From Pristiophorus japonicus (lineage: Eukaryota): a stretch of 64,000 nucleotides of DNA. Positions 1-10,982 of the stretch are shown piece after piece (position 1 is the stretch's first letter; the number at the start of each line of letters is the position of its first letter). The notes under the pieces were generated by a model. That model made no database searches and had not been told where the DNA came from. It worked only from the letters and a program-made list of their open reading frames with translations. The position numbers and the translations under genes were made by a program. The stretch spans positions 124,001 through 188,000 of the forward strand of contig NW_027254484.1 of assembly GCF_044704955.1 (NCBI RefSeq). The letters run 5' to 3'.

Positions 1-350
1 TTAAAAGTGGGGTTACATTAACTACCCTCCAGTCCATAGGGACTGATCCAGAGTCTATCGAATGTTGGAAAATGACCACCAATGCATCCACTTTCTGTGG
101 TAGAGAATTCCACAGGTTCACAATTCTCTGGGTGAAGAAGTTTCTCCTCATCTCGGTCCTAAGTGGCTTACCCCTTATCCTTAGACTGTGTGAGCCCTGG
201 TTCTGGACTTCCCCAACATCGGGAACATTCTTCCTGCATCTAAACCTGTCCAGTCCCGTCAGAATTTGACATGTTTCCTATCAGATCCCCCTCTCATCCT
301 TCTAAACTCCAGCGAATATAAGCCCAGTCGATCCAGTCTCTCCTGATATG
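1..350 (-). mobile_element. CR1-clade LINE ORF2 fragments (fused)
   Basis: Identical to 13350-13700: ...VNLWNSLPQK fused to VDALVVIFQHSIDSGSVP. Confidence 0.85.
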
Positions 351-354
351 TCAG

Positions 355-905
355 AAATTAACCCCTCGATGATGTCCTCTCTCACCGGCTGCCCCAATTG
401 AAGCACAGCGAGCTATTTCGGAGATATATGAATGTAGAAAGATTCATATGGATCCCAGGTTATCCCAAGTGAGATATATTAATATACCGGCAGTAATATT
501 AACCCTTGAAGGTCACCCTCCCTCACACCTTGCCTCAATTGAGAGAGAGTTGGCGGTATTGAGGTATATATTAATATACAAAGATTAATATTAGTTCCTG
601 ATGATCCCAAGTGCTATACATGAGATATATTAATATACAAGCAGTAATATTAACCCTTGAAGGTCACCCTCCCTCACACCTTGCCTCAATTTAAGCAAAT
701 TGAGGAATTTTAAGATATTTCGAGCTCTATGCAAAGAAAAACATTAATATTGCTGCCTGGTGATCGCAAGTGCTATATATGAGATATATTAATATACGGG
801 CAGTAATATTAAGCCCTCACTGATGCCCTTCCTCCATCCCTGCCCCAATTGAGGGAGTTTTGGAGCTATTTCGAGGCATATTAATGTATAAACAGTAATA
901 TTGAC
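355..905. repeat. AT-rich degenerate ~150-bp satellite block (also ~9135-9690, 13700-14405, 16705-17260, 23820-24525, 34065-34765, 38785-39335, 43685-44233, 53605-54155, 56615-57162, 60425-60973)
   Basis: Recurrent cccaagtg..gagatatattaatatac..gcagtaatattaacccttgaaggtcaccctccc. Period of 151 bp between 13953 and 14104. Confidence 0.9.
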
Positions 906-964
906 CCCCAGCCACTTGGCCTCAGTGCCCCAGGGCCCTCTTGCAGCATTTATTCAGGTGCATT

Positions 965-1950
965 GATCCCTGGAGCACCCCACTAGTTACTGATTGCCGA
1001 CCCGAGAATGAACAGTTGTCCCGACTCTCTGTTCTCTGTTAGTGAGCCCATCCTCCATCCGTGCTAATATATTACCCCCAAACCCCGCGAGCTTTTATCC
1101 TGCGCAGTAACCTCTCATGTGGTACTTTATCGAAGGATTGCTCAAACTCCCTTCGGTCACTGAGCAGGGAAGGAGGTTTGGGTCCACTGGGATTCTCACA
1201 TCAGAAATAGGAGCCAGGAGTGGGCCATTCGGCCCCTCGAGCCCTGCTCCGCCATTTAATACGATCGTGGCCTGATCCGATCATGGACCCAGCTCCACTT
1301 ACCTGCCCGCCCCCTTATCGGTTAAGAAACTGTCTATCTCTGTCTTAAATATATTCAATGTCCCGGCTTCCACAGCTCTCTGAGGCAGCGAGTTCCACAG
1401 ATTTACAACCCTCAGAGAGAAGAAATTCCTCCTCATCTCAGTTTTAAATGGGCGGCCCCTTATTCTAAGACCATGCCCCCTAGTTCTAGTCTCCCCCATC
1501 AGTGGGAACATCCTCTCTGCATCCACCTTGTAGAGCCCCCCTCATAATCTGATATGTTTCGATAAGATCACCTCTCATTCTTCTGAACTCCAATGAGTAG
1601 AGGCCCAACCTCCTCAACCTTTCCTCATAAGTCAACCCCCTCATCCCCGGAATCGACCGAGTGAACCTTCTCTGAACTGCCTCCAAAGCAAAGTGTGTCC
1701 TTTGGTAAATACGGAGAGCAAAACTGTGCACGCAGTACTCCAGGTGTGGCCTCACCGATACCCTGTGTAACTGGAGCAAGACTTCCCTGCTTTTATACTC
1801 CATCCCCCTTTGCAATAAAGACCAAGATACCATTGGCCCTTCCTGATCACTTGCTGTACCTGCGTACTAACCTTTTGTGTTTCATGTACAAGTAACCCCC
1901 AGGTCCCGCTGTACTGCCGCACTTTGTAATCTTTCTCCGTTTAAATAATC
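965..1950 (-). mobile_element. CR1 RT-core fragment (965-1135) plus CR1 'A' 3' end (1200-1950)
   Basis: RPHLEYC, LYSLEFRRMRGDLIE, TRGH, FFS.RVVNLWNSLP; frameshifted. Confidence 0.9.
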
Positions 1951-2087
1951 GCTTCCTTCTTCTCTCGCAACCAGAGGCTCCATTCAGCTCACCAGGCAAT
2001 GTGGGGAAATGCAGCACACAAACATAACGCTCCCCATCGGGGGCAGAAAACCATCTTTTTATTGATCACAGCAGGTTTGTACAGCGG

Positions 2088-2574
2088 NNNNNNNNNNNNN
2101 NNNNNNNNNNNNNNNNNNNNNNNNNNNNNNNNNNNNNNNNNNNNNNNNNNNNNNNNNNNNNNNNNNNNNNNNNNNNNNNNNNNNNNNNNNNNNNNNNNNN
2201 NNNNNNNNNNNNNNNNNNNNNNNNNNNNNNNNNNNNNNNNNNNNNNNNNNNNNNNNNNNNNNNNNNNNNNNNNNNNNNNNNNNNNNNNNNNNNNNNNNNN
2301 NNNNNNNNNNNNNNNNNNNNNNNNNNNNNNNNNNNNNNNNNNNNNNNNNNNNNNNNNNNNNNNNNNNNNNNNNNNNNNNNNNNNNNNNNNNNNNNNNNNN
2401 NNNNNNNNNNNNNNNNNNNNNNNNNNNNNNNNNNNNNNNNNNNNNNNNNNNNNNNNNNNNNNNNNNNNNNNNNNNNNNNNNNNNNNNNNNNNNNNNNNNN
2501 NNNNNNNNNNNNNNNNNNNNNNNNNNNNNNNNNNNNNNNNNNNNNNNNNNNNNNNNNNNNNNNNNNNNNNNNNN
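2088..2574. other. N block (487 nt) in the Z1 3'UTR
   Basis: Flanks ...gtacagcgg / gtggagagac... Confidence 0.95.
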
Positions 2575-3612
2575 GTGGAGAGACAGAGCGACCATCACAT
2601 ACAACAGCAGACATTTTTCAGGAGGAGACCTTCGATCGAGAGCTGACTCGGGTCTCCCTCTCACCCCTCACCCCGCCATCTCGCATTCCGCGCTCCGGAT
2701 TTCAACCCGCTTCCCACGCCCGGCCCCCTGTTCCCAGGCGCGAACCCGCGGGTGCGGGCTATTCGACTGGAGGGGCATCAGGCCCACGGTTGAGACGTTG
2801 TTTCTCCGCCCTCCCCAGCGCGGAGGGAGGGAGGGGGTGGGCGGAGGGATGTGTGTGTGTGTGTGGGGAGAGGGTGGGGGGGAAAACACGTGTGGCCTTG
2901 CCCCTCCCCTCCCTACCCACCCGTGAGCCTTCCGGAGGTAGGGAGCAGGAACGCTCGTATCGTCTCACGCCCCCGGTCCGCGCGCCTGTGCGGGGCGTGT
3001 GCGAGAGCGGGGCTCTCTGTACCCGTCGGGGCAGTGGGGTGTGGGGGTAAGGAGCACGAGGTGATCTGATTGGTGTTTGCCTTGAGATGGGATTTGTGAG
3101 GGACGGGGTGGGGGAGAAGAGGGCGAAGGTGAGCACGGGCGGGGGAGGGGTCGAGTTCGAAGGGGTCAGGAGTCCGCTTGACCTCCTCCCCCCACCACAC
3201 CCCCCACCCCGTCCCCAACTTGCAAACGGCGCCCTCTTCAGGGGAGGTGGGGAGCGGGCGGCGATGCACGCCGCAGTCGAATAGCCCGCCGCGCGGCACG
3301 AGGGGCTTGTGGGGGTGCGGGGAGGCGGAGGAGCTGTGCGGTCCGCGATCGAGGGATAATTCAGTGTTTGCAACGTGCAGTAGGGGGAGGGGAGAGGGAA
3401 CAGCGGGGGAGGGGAGGAGAGGGGACGGAGGGGGAGGGGAGGAGAGGGGACGGAGGGGGAGGGGAGTTGGGACCAAGTTCCCACAAGACCCCCTCGACCT
3501 GCCCAGCAACGACCGGATACCAGCCCCGCCCACTCTTACCCCAACCCCTCCCCCGCCCTCCCGTGGGTGGGGGGAGGGGGTTAAGCCCCCACCGCAGCCC
3601 CCCCCCCCTCGG

Positions 3613-6537
3613 TCAGCGGGGACAGGGCAGGGCCCGGTCGGCCGCGTGGCGGGGGAGGTGACAGGCCAGCTCAAAGGCCCGGGCAAAAGCCTCGGGGCAG
3701 TGGGGGCAGGGAAAGGCGGGCTGGTGCTGGGCCGGGCGACGGCAACGGTGGCCGAGCAGCTCCACCAGCCGGCCAAAGTCGCGGCCGCACAGGGCGCAGT
3801 CGTAGGGGCGGGGGGCGGCAGGGGCATCCGGGCTGGCCGCCCGCGCAGGGAGGGGGGCGTCCGAGGTGCTGGCCTCCGGGGGTTGGCGGATGTCAGCATA
3901 CGGGGCCTCGTAGCCCTGCGGGAGTTCCAGGCCTTGGGCCTGCGGGGGTTCGCGGTTCTGCGCACGCGCCTCCTCTAAGCCCTGTGGGAGTTTGAGGCCT
4001 TGGGCCTGTGGTAGTTGCCGGCTCTGCGCATGCGCATTTTCCGAGCAATGTGGTAGTTGCCGGCTCTGCGCATGCGCATTTTCCGAGCAATGTGCTAGTT
4101 GCCGGCTCTGCGCATGCGCATTCTCCGAGCCCTGCGGCTGCTGCCGGCTCTGCGCATGCACATTCTCCGAGCAATGTGGTAGTTGCTGGCTCTGCGCATG
4201 CGCATTTCCCGAGCTATGTGGTAGTTGCCGGCTCTGCGCATGCGCATCCTCTGAGCCCTGCGGGAGTTGCCGGCTCTGCGCATGCGCATCCTCTGAGCCC
4301 TGCGGCAGTTGCCGGCTCTGCGCATGCGCATCCTCTGAGCCCTGCGGGAGTTGCCGGCTCTGCGCATGCGCATTCTCCGAACCCTGCGGCAGTTGCCGGC
4401 TCTGCGCATGCGCATTCTCCGAGCCCTGCGGCAGTTGCCGGCTCTGCGCATGCGCATTCTCCGAGCCCTGCGGGAGTTGCCGGCTCTGCGCATGCTGCTC
4501 CCCGGCCTCCGGCGTCGGCGGACCCCCCCGGCAGTGCCGGGCCCGGTGGCCCCTCAGCCCCCCGGGGGCCTTGAAGGCCCGGCCGCAGCGGGGGCAGGCG
4601 TGGGGGCGCAGCGGCGAGTGGGTGCGCCGGTGCCGGCCCAGCAGCGACGGGCGGGTGAAGCCCTTGCCGCACTGGCCGCAGACGTAGGGCCGCTCGCCCG
4701 TGTGGAGGCGGGCGTGGTGGTCGCGGTCCCGCCCGCTCTTGAAGCGGCGGGGGCAGGAGGGGCAGGGGTAGGGGGCCCGGTCCGAGTGGGCCCGCAGGTG
4801 GCGGGCCAGCTCGTAGGGGTAGCGGAAGCCCTTGTCGCAGTGCGGGCAAGCGTGCCGCGGCGGGTCGGGCAGGTGGCGCCCCCGGTGCTTGAGCAGGTAG
4901 GAGGCGGTCTTGAAGCGCTTGGGGCACAGCGGGCACGGGTAGGGGGTCTGGTCGGTGTGGGTGCGCAGGTGCTGGGCCAGGTAGTGGGGCCGCTTGAAGC
5001 GCTTGTCGCAGCGGGGGCAGGGGAAGGGGGCCTCGTCGGTGTGAGTCAACCGGTGGCGGAGCAGCTCGTAGGAGTTGACGAAGCCCTTGCCGCAGGCCGG
5101 GCAGGCGAAGGGCCGCTCGTCGGTGTGGCTGCGCTGGTGGCGGAGGAGGTGGGAGGCCCGGCTGTACCGGCGGCCGCACTGGGCGCAGCGGAAGGGGGCG
5201 GGCAGCGGCGGGTGCAGGGCCACCCCCGTTCCTCCCCGGTGCAACGGCGACGAGGAGGAGGCGGCGGAGGAGGAGGCGTGCTCCTGGAGCTCGGCCGCCC
5301 CCTCGAAGGTCAGCCGGCACAGCGGGCAGGAGAAGGGGCCCTGGCCGGCGTGGCCCGCCAGGTGGTGGCGGGAGAGGGCCTGGGGGTCGCAGAAGGACTT
5401 GCCGCACACGGCGCACTTGGGGCGCTCGGGGAGGGGGGCGGGCCCGTCCGCGTTGGGCGCCGTTGTCGGGCCGGGGGCCGGGCAGGGCGGGGCGGGCCCG
5501 AGCGAGGTCGGCGTCAAAGTTGGCGACGAGGCCCATGATGTCAACGTTGTCGTCAACGTTGGCGACGAGGCCAATGATGTCAATGTTGGCGACGAGGCCA
5601 ATGGCGTCAACGTTGGCGACGAGGCCAATGACGTCAACGTTGGCGACGAGGCCAATGACGTCAACGTTGGCGACGAGGCCAATGACGTCAACGTTGGCGA
5701 CGAGGCCAATGACGTCAACGTTGGCGACGAGGGAGCGATCAATTCGGCGGAGGCTGCCACCGGCGCCCTCTGGTGGGTGCGCCGGTGACGGCGGAGCGTG
5801 CCGGGGTCGCGGAAGGCCCGCAGGCACTCGGGGCACGGGTACGGCCGCTCGCCGGTGTGCGAGTACTGGTGCCGCAGGAGGTGGGCCGAGCGGCTGTAGC
5901 CCTTGCCGCAGGCCCGGCAGCGGAAGGGGCGGCGGGGCGGGGGCCCGTGCTCGGCCCGGCGGTGGCAGGCCAGGCCCCGGGGCCGGGCGAAGCGGCGGGG
6001 GCAGGCGTCGCAGCGGTAGGGGCGGGAGGGGTCGTGGACCAGGGCGTGGCGGGCCAGCTCGTAGCGCTCCTTGAAGGACTTGCCGCACTGGGGGCAGGCG
6101 AAGGCCGAGGGCCGCCCGTGACGGCGCCGGTGCTTCTGGAGGTACCAGGGCGTGGCGAAGCGCTTGGGGCACAGCGGGCACAGGTACGGGCGCTGGCGCT
6201 CGCAGGAGTGGCGGGCCAGCAGCTCGGGCAGGGCAAAGTCCAGGCCGCAGGAGCGGCAGCGCTGCGCGTCGCCGCGCGGGTCCGGCGCGCCGGCGGGCGG
6301 CGTCGTCGGCGGCGGCGACGGCGGCGGCCGGCAGCGGTGGCGGGCCAGCAGCGGGAAGTAGCCGAAGCCCCGCCCGCAGGAGGAGCAGATGAAGGGCGTG
6401 CGGGGCGGGTGCAGGGCCCGGTGGCGCCAGAGGGGCCAGGCGCCCGGGAAGCGCTTGCCGCAGTCGCCGCAGCGGTGGGGGCGGCGGGGGGCGGGCGGGC
6501 CGGGCCTCCCCCGGCGGAGCGGGGCCCGGCGCGTCAT
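3613..6537 (-). CDS. Multi-C2H2 zinc-finger protein, copy Z1 (974 aa, ~20 fingers, two internal VNTRs)
   Basis: ATG with A at -3 (gggacgATG). Repeated C-x2-C-x3-F/Y-x5-L-x2-H-x3-H motifs with TGERP/TDERP linkers. Three short H-x-C fingers. No KRAB/SCAN/BTB domain seen. AATAAA at 2058-2063 (minus). Confidence 0.9.
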   Translation of the reverse strand: MTRRAPLRRGRPGPPAPRRPHRCGDCGKRFPGAWPLWRHRALHPPRTPFICSSCGRGFGYFPLLARHRCRPPPSPPPTTPPAGAPDPRGDAQRCRSCGLDFALPELLARHSCERQRPYLCPLCPKRFATPWYLQKHRRRHGRPSAFACPQCGKSFKERYELARHALVHDPSRPYRCDACPRRFARPRGLACHRRAEHGPPPRRPFRCRACGKGYSRSAHLLRHQYSHTGERPYPCPECLRAFRDPGTLRRHRRTHQRAPVAASAELIAPSSPTLTSLASSPTLTSLASSPTLTSLASSPTLTSLASSPTLTPLASSPTLTSLASSPTLTTTLTSWASSPTLTPTSLGPAPPCPAPGPTTAPNADGPAPLPERPKCAVCGKSFCDPQALSRHHLAGHAGQGPFSCPLCRLTFEGAAELQEHASSSAASSSSPLHRGGTGVALHPPLPAPFRCAQCGRRYSRASHLLRHQRSHTDERPFACPACGKGFVNSYELLRHRLTHTDEAPFPCPRCDKRFKRPHYLAQHLRTHTDQTPYPCPLCPKRFKTASYLLKHRGRHLPDPPRHACPHCDKGFRYPYELARHLRAHSDRAPYPCPSCPRRFKSGRDRDHHARLHTGERPYVCGQCGKGFTRPSLLGRHRRTHSPLRPHACPRCGRAFKAPGGLRGHRARHCRGGPPTPEAGEQHAQSRQLPQGSENAHAQSRQLPQGSENAHAQSRQLPQGSENAHAQSRQLPQGSEDAHAQSRQLPQGSEDAHAQSRQLPQGSEDAHAQSRQLPHSSGNAHAQSQQLPHCSENVHAQSRQQPQGSENAHAQSRQLAHCSENAHAQSRQLPHCSENAHAQSRQLPQAQGLKLPQGLEEARAQNREPPQAQGLELPQGYEAPYADIRQPPEASTSDAPLPARAASPDAPAAPRPYDCALCGRDFGRLVELLGHRCRRPAQHQPAFPCPHCPEAFARAFELACHLPRHAADRALPCPR
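4011..4494. repeat. Coding 42-bp VNTR (HAQSRQLPQGSENA), 12 units; TGCGCATGCGCA array
   Basis: Counted from the translation; 10 perfect TGCGCATGCGCA palindromes. Confidence 0.95.
5511..5731. repeat. Coding 27-bp VNTR (SSPTLTSLA), 8 units; CCAAT/TGACGTCA array
   Basis: Unit GGCCAATGACGTCAACGTTGGCGACGA; 4 perfect TGACGTCA. Confidence 0.95.
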
Positions 6538-7779
6538 CGTCCCGGGGCGGGGGAGGGTGGGGGCGCTACCCGACCGCGCGCATCGCCAGCCGCCCGCGCC
6601 GTCTCCCTCCTCTCCCTCCCGCCTTCCGACGGAGTACCCACGTCTACCGCCCTTCTTCTCTCTCCCTCGCGATCGTCACAGCCGGCAAGGGGGGGGTCGC
6701 GAGTGGCGAGATAAATAGTCCGAGGCAGAGGGGGGGTCGATGGATTGTCCGTCGAGGCTTCTTGCTCCGGAGGGTGGGTGGGGCGTCCGTTCCGGGCCCC
6801 ACGGTTGTCGCTGTTGGTCGCCGCTGGGTCGAGTCGCTTGTCACGCGCCGGTCTCTTTGCGGGGGGAGGGGGAGCGGGGCGACGATCGCACACCTCTGCC
6901 AGCAAACCTCCTTTTCCCCCCCCCCCTCTCACCCCTGCCCGCAGACCCCCTTGCTCTTTTGTTTCTCCTCCTCCTCTTCTTCCCGAGGGGGGCGTTGGGG
7001 GGGAGGGGGGCAGGAGCGGGGGAACAGCCCACGGAGAGAGAGAGAGGTCGGTGTCTCTCGCTGGCCCTGCAAGGGGTGGGGGGGGGGGGGAGGAGGAAGA
7101 CGGGCGAGCGTTGAGACAATGCAAATGGCCGACGCGCGCGCTCCCCACCCCCGCACACACCCCCTCCCCCCCCACCACACAAGTCTCACAAGGGGGGGGG
7201 GTGGGGGAGTCTGGATTCCGAAACATTCCGAATTTTGGAACTCTGGATTTTAGACGCTCAAAAATCAATATTGACCCCGGAATATCCCAAGTGCCCCAAT
7301 TAATATATTTTGAGCTTTATCAATATAGAAGAGTAATATTATGCCCCTGAATAGTTCCCTCGCTGACTCATTCCCCCGTTGGTGTATTTACAGATAGATT
7401 GATGGACAGATATTGATCTCATTCCGTTGATATAAATCTATCTGTAAATATATTCAGATATTGTCCGCATGTTCCCCTCCCCCCGCCCCCCAGACACCAG
7501 ACTCCCGAAGCGAGCGCTCGACTCGGAACTCCTGCACGGGCGCGCGAGCCCCAAGGTGGGCAGAGGAAACGTTCTGCAAGGGACACACCCACTCCCCTGA
7601 TAAAGTGCAACACCCCCGCCCCCCCCACCGACACCTGGGAGTCCCCCCTGGCCCAAAGACCAGTCCGCCCCTAAGTGGTGGAAGTGCATCCGGGAGGGCA
7701 CCGAGCACCTCGTGTCTCGTCGCCAATTGCGAGCACGCAGAAAGCAAGCGCAAGGCAGCGGAAGGAGCGTGCGGCAAAC

Positions 7780-8338
7780 CTGTCCCACCCTCCCCTTTCC
7801 CTCAACGTCTATCTGTCCCACCCTCCCCTTCCCTCAACGTCTATCTGTCCCACCCTCCCCTTCCCTCAACGTCTATCTGTCCCACCCTCCCCTTCCCTCA
7901 ACGTCTCTCTGTCCCACCCTCCCCTTCCCTCAACGTCTATCTGTCCCACCCTCCCCTTCCCTCAACATCTATCTGTCCCACCCTCCCCTTTCCCTCAACG
8001 TCTATCTGTCCCACCCTCCCCTTTCCCTCAACGTCTCTCTGTCCCACTCTCCCCTTCCCTCAACGTCTATCTGTCCCACCCTCCCCTTCCCTCAACGTCT
8101 ATCTGTCCCACCCTCCCCTTCCCTCAACGTCTATCTGTCCCACCCTCCCCTTCCCTCAACGTCTATCTGTCCCACCCTCCCCTTCCCTCAACGTCTATCT
8201 GTCCCACCCTCCCCTTCCCTCAACGTCTATCTGTCCCACCCTCCCCTTCCCTCAACGTCTATCTGTCCCACCCTCCCCTTCCCTCAACGTCTATCTGTCC
8301 CACGCTCCCCTTTCCCTCAACGTCTATCTGTCCCACCC
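7780..8338. repeat. 32-bp G4 minisatellite, ~17 units
   Basis: Unit GGGAGGGTGGGACAGATAGACGTTGAGGGAAG (minus strand). Short ~2-unit versions at 11499-11576, 16215-16290 and 36895-36970. Confidence 0.95.
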
Positions 8339-8667
8339 CGTGACAGGGACTGCGACTCTCGTATTGCACTATTCAACCACCTTAGGCCTCGTTTTTAAGA
8401 GTGGAAACAAGTCTTCCTCGATTCCAAGGGGCTGCCTCTAACGATGAGATGTAGACAAGTGATATTAACCCTTATACTCATTCCGTTATATACTCTCTGC
8501 CCCAATTTAAACAGAGAGAGATATTTTACGATATTTAGACATTAATATTGATTCATTATCCCCAAGTGCTCCATGTGCGAAGTATGGGATGTATTAAAAT
8601 ACAGACACTAATATTAACCCCGTCAATATGCCCTCTCTCACTCACTGCCCCAATTACAGCATAGTTA

Positions 8668-9132
8668 GAGACATAGAAACATAGAAAATAGGTGCAGGAG
8701 CAGGCCATTGGGCCCTTCGAGCCTGCCCCACCATTCAATATGATCATGGCTGAACATGCAACTTCAGTACCCCACTCCTGCCTTCTCTCCATACCCCCCT
8801 GATCCCTTTAGCCGTAAGGGCCACATCTAACTCCCTTTTGAATATATCCAACGAACTGGCCCCCAACAACTTTCTGTGTTAGAGAATTCCACAGGTTCAC
8901 AATTCTCTGGGTGAAGAAGTTTCTCCTCATCTGGGTCCTAAATGGCTTACCCCTTATCCTTAGACTGTGTGAGCCCCTGGTTCTGGACTTCCCCAACATC
9001 GGGAACATTCTTCCCGCATCTAAACCTGTCCCGTCCCGTCAGAATTTGACATGTTTCCTATCAGATCCCCCCCTCATCCTTCTAAACTCCAGCGAATATA
9101 AGCCCAGTCGATCCAGTCTCTCCTGATATGTC
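8668..9132 (-). mobile_element. CR1 'B' 3' end (short form)
   Basis: (CATAGAAA)n tail; RNFFTQRIVNLWNSL. Confidence 0.9.
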
Positions 9133-9744
9133 AGAAATTAACCCCTCGATGATGTCCTTTCTCACCGGCTGCCCCAATTGAAGCACAGCGAGCTATTTCG
9201 GAGATATATGAATGTAGAAAGATTCATATGGATCCCAGGTTATCCCAAGTGAGATATATTAATATACCGGCAGTAATATTAACCCTTGAAGGTCACCCTC
9301 CCTCACACCTTGCCTCAATTGAGAGAGAGTTGGCGGTATTGAGGTATATATTAATATACAAAGATTAATATTGGTTCCTGATGATCCCAAGTGCTATACA
9401 TGAGATATATTAATATACAGGCAGTAATATTAACCCTTGAAGGTCACCCTCCCTCACACCTTGCCTCAATTTAAGCAAATTGAGGAATTTTAAGATATTT
9501 CGAGCTCGATGCAAAGAAAAACATTAATATTGCTGCCTGGTGATCGCAAGTGCTATATATGAGATATATTAATATACGGGCAGTAATATTAAGCCCTCAC
9601 TGATGCCCTCCCTCCATCCCTGCCCCAATTGAGGGAGTTTTGGAGCTATTTCGAGGCATATTAATGTATAAACAGTAATATTGACCCCCAGCCACTTGGC
9701 CTCAGTGCCCCAGGGCCCTCTTGCAGCATTTATTCAGGTGCATT

Positions 9745-10580
9745 GATCCCTGGGGCACCCCACTAGTTACTGATTGCCGACCCGAGAATGAACAGTTGTC
9801 CCGACTCTCTGTTCTCTGTTAGTGAGCCCATCCTCCATCCGTGCTAATATATTACCCCCAAACCCCGCGAGCTTTTATCCTGCGCAGTAACCTCTCATGT
9901 GGTACTTTATCGAAGGATTGCTCAAACTCCCTTCGGTCACTGAGCAGGGAAGGGGGTTTGGGTCCACTGGGATTCTCACATCAGAAACAGGAGCAGGAGT
10001 GGGCCATTCGGCCCCTCGAGCCCTGCTCCGCCATTTAATACCATCGTGGCCTGATCCGATCATGGACCCAGCTCCACTTCCCTGCCCGCCCCCTTATCGG
10101 TTAAGGAACTGTCTATCTCTGTCTTAAATATATTCAATGTCCCGGCTTCCACAGCTCTCTGAGGCAGCGAGTTCCACAGATTTACAACCCTCTGAGAGAA
10201 GAAATTCCTCCTCATCTCAGTTTTAAATGGGCGGCCCCTTATTCTAAGACCATGCCCCGTAGTTCTAGTCTCCCCCATCAGTGGGAACATCCTCTCTGCA
10301 TCCACCTTGTCGAGCCCCCCCCTCATAATCTGATACGTTTCGATAAGATCACCTCTCATTCTTCTGAACTCCAATGAGTAGAGGCCCAACCTCCTCAACC
10401 TTTCCTCATAAGTCAACCCCCCTCATCGCCGGAATCGACCGAGTGAACCTTCTCTGAACTGCCTCCAAAGCAAAGTGTGTCCTTTGGTAAATACGGAGAG
10501 CAAAACTGTGCACGCAGTACTCCAGGTGTGGCCTCACCAATACCCTGTGTAACTGGAGCAAGACTTCCCTGCTTTTGTAC
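9745..10580 (-). mobile_element. CR1 RT fragment plus CR1 'A' 3' end (empty-module form; also 14462-15295)
   Basis: ORF2 C-terminal motifs; 5' truncated at tacaaaagcagggaag. Confidence 0.9.
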
Positions 10581-10696
10581 ATACAGGGAATAATACACAA
10601 AGATTAAATATTGTTTCCCGATTATCCCAAGTTCCCCAATCGATACAGTCACAGAGATATTAATCGTTGGCGATGAATATTTAATCCCAGATTACT

Positions 10697-10700
<4 letters not shown>

Positions 10701-10729
<29 letters not shown>
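10701..10729. repeat. (CT)n/(GA)n microsatellite of the empty modules (also ~15417, 37742, 42656, 55578, 59384)
   Basis: Directly visible; length varies between copies. Confidence 0.9.
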
Positions 10730-10732
<3 letters not shown>

Positions 10733-10789
10733 ACTGCCCCAATTGCAGCCTATTGAGCTGTTTTAAGATATTTTGAGATCGAGTAAACG

Positions 10790-10982
10790 TACAGGTGGAG
10801 AGGCCGCTCCGGATTCCGGGGGATTTCCGGATTCCGGAACGTCGTTGCCTGGGCTGAGGTTGGTGTCGTTGGCCAGCTGAGGTTAGTGGGGGAGGGGAGA
10901 GCGGGGGAGCCGAGGAGGGCGGGGGGAGAGTCTGGATTCCGAAACATTCCGAATTTTGGAACTCTGGATTTTAGACGCTCAA
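10790..10982 (-). mobile_element. Tc1/mariner (Tigger-like) MITE remnant (copies 15503-15695, 37487-37680, 42402-42594, 55321-55515, 59130-59322)
   Basis: One end TA-CAGGTGGAG, other end TTGAGCG (CAGG lost). Internal TCCGGA/TTCGGA reiterations resemble CAGGTTGAG-ended Tigger MITEs. Family assignment is from recall only. Confidence 0.5.

Noticed and set aside
595-640. CTGATGA in the satellite as a hammerhead ribozyme core or snoRNA box
   Set aside because: No stem II followed by GAAA, and no paired C/D boxes with a terminal stem.
1999-2664. ORFs spanning the N blocks (also 18200-19083, 31683-33124, 51137-52724)
   Set aside because: Open only because N codons contain no stops.
3992-4687. Antisense Cys-rich (GSCRLCACAFSEPC)n ORF and sense Arg-rich protamine-like (MRMRRAGN)n frame
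   Set aside because: By-products of a stop-poor 42-bp repeat. The antisense ORF has no ATG start, and neither has independent gene signals.
4214-6714. Long overlapping Pro/Ala/Gly/Arg-rich ORFs on both strands of the ZNF genes
   Set aside because: Expected shadow frames of a very GC-rich CDS; no domains recognised.
7461-8441. ORFs across the 32-bp minisatellite; possible CRISPR-like array
   Set aside because: Pure tandem repeat with no unique spacers and no cas genes, in vertebrate context.
8558-8590. aagtgctccatgt resembling miR-302/430 (AAGUGCU seed); similar aagtgct in the satellite and aaagtgc in element X
   Set aside because: No complementary arm forming a pre-miRNA hairpin; the motif is part of the satellite unit.
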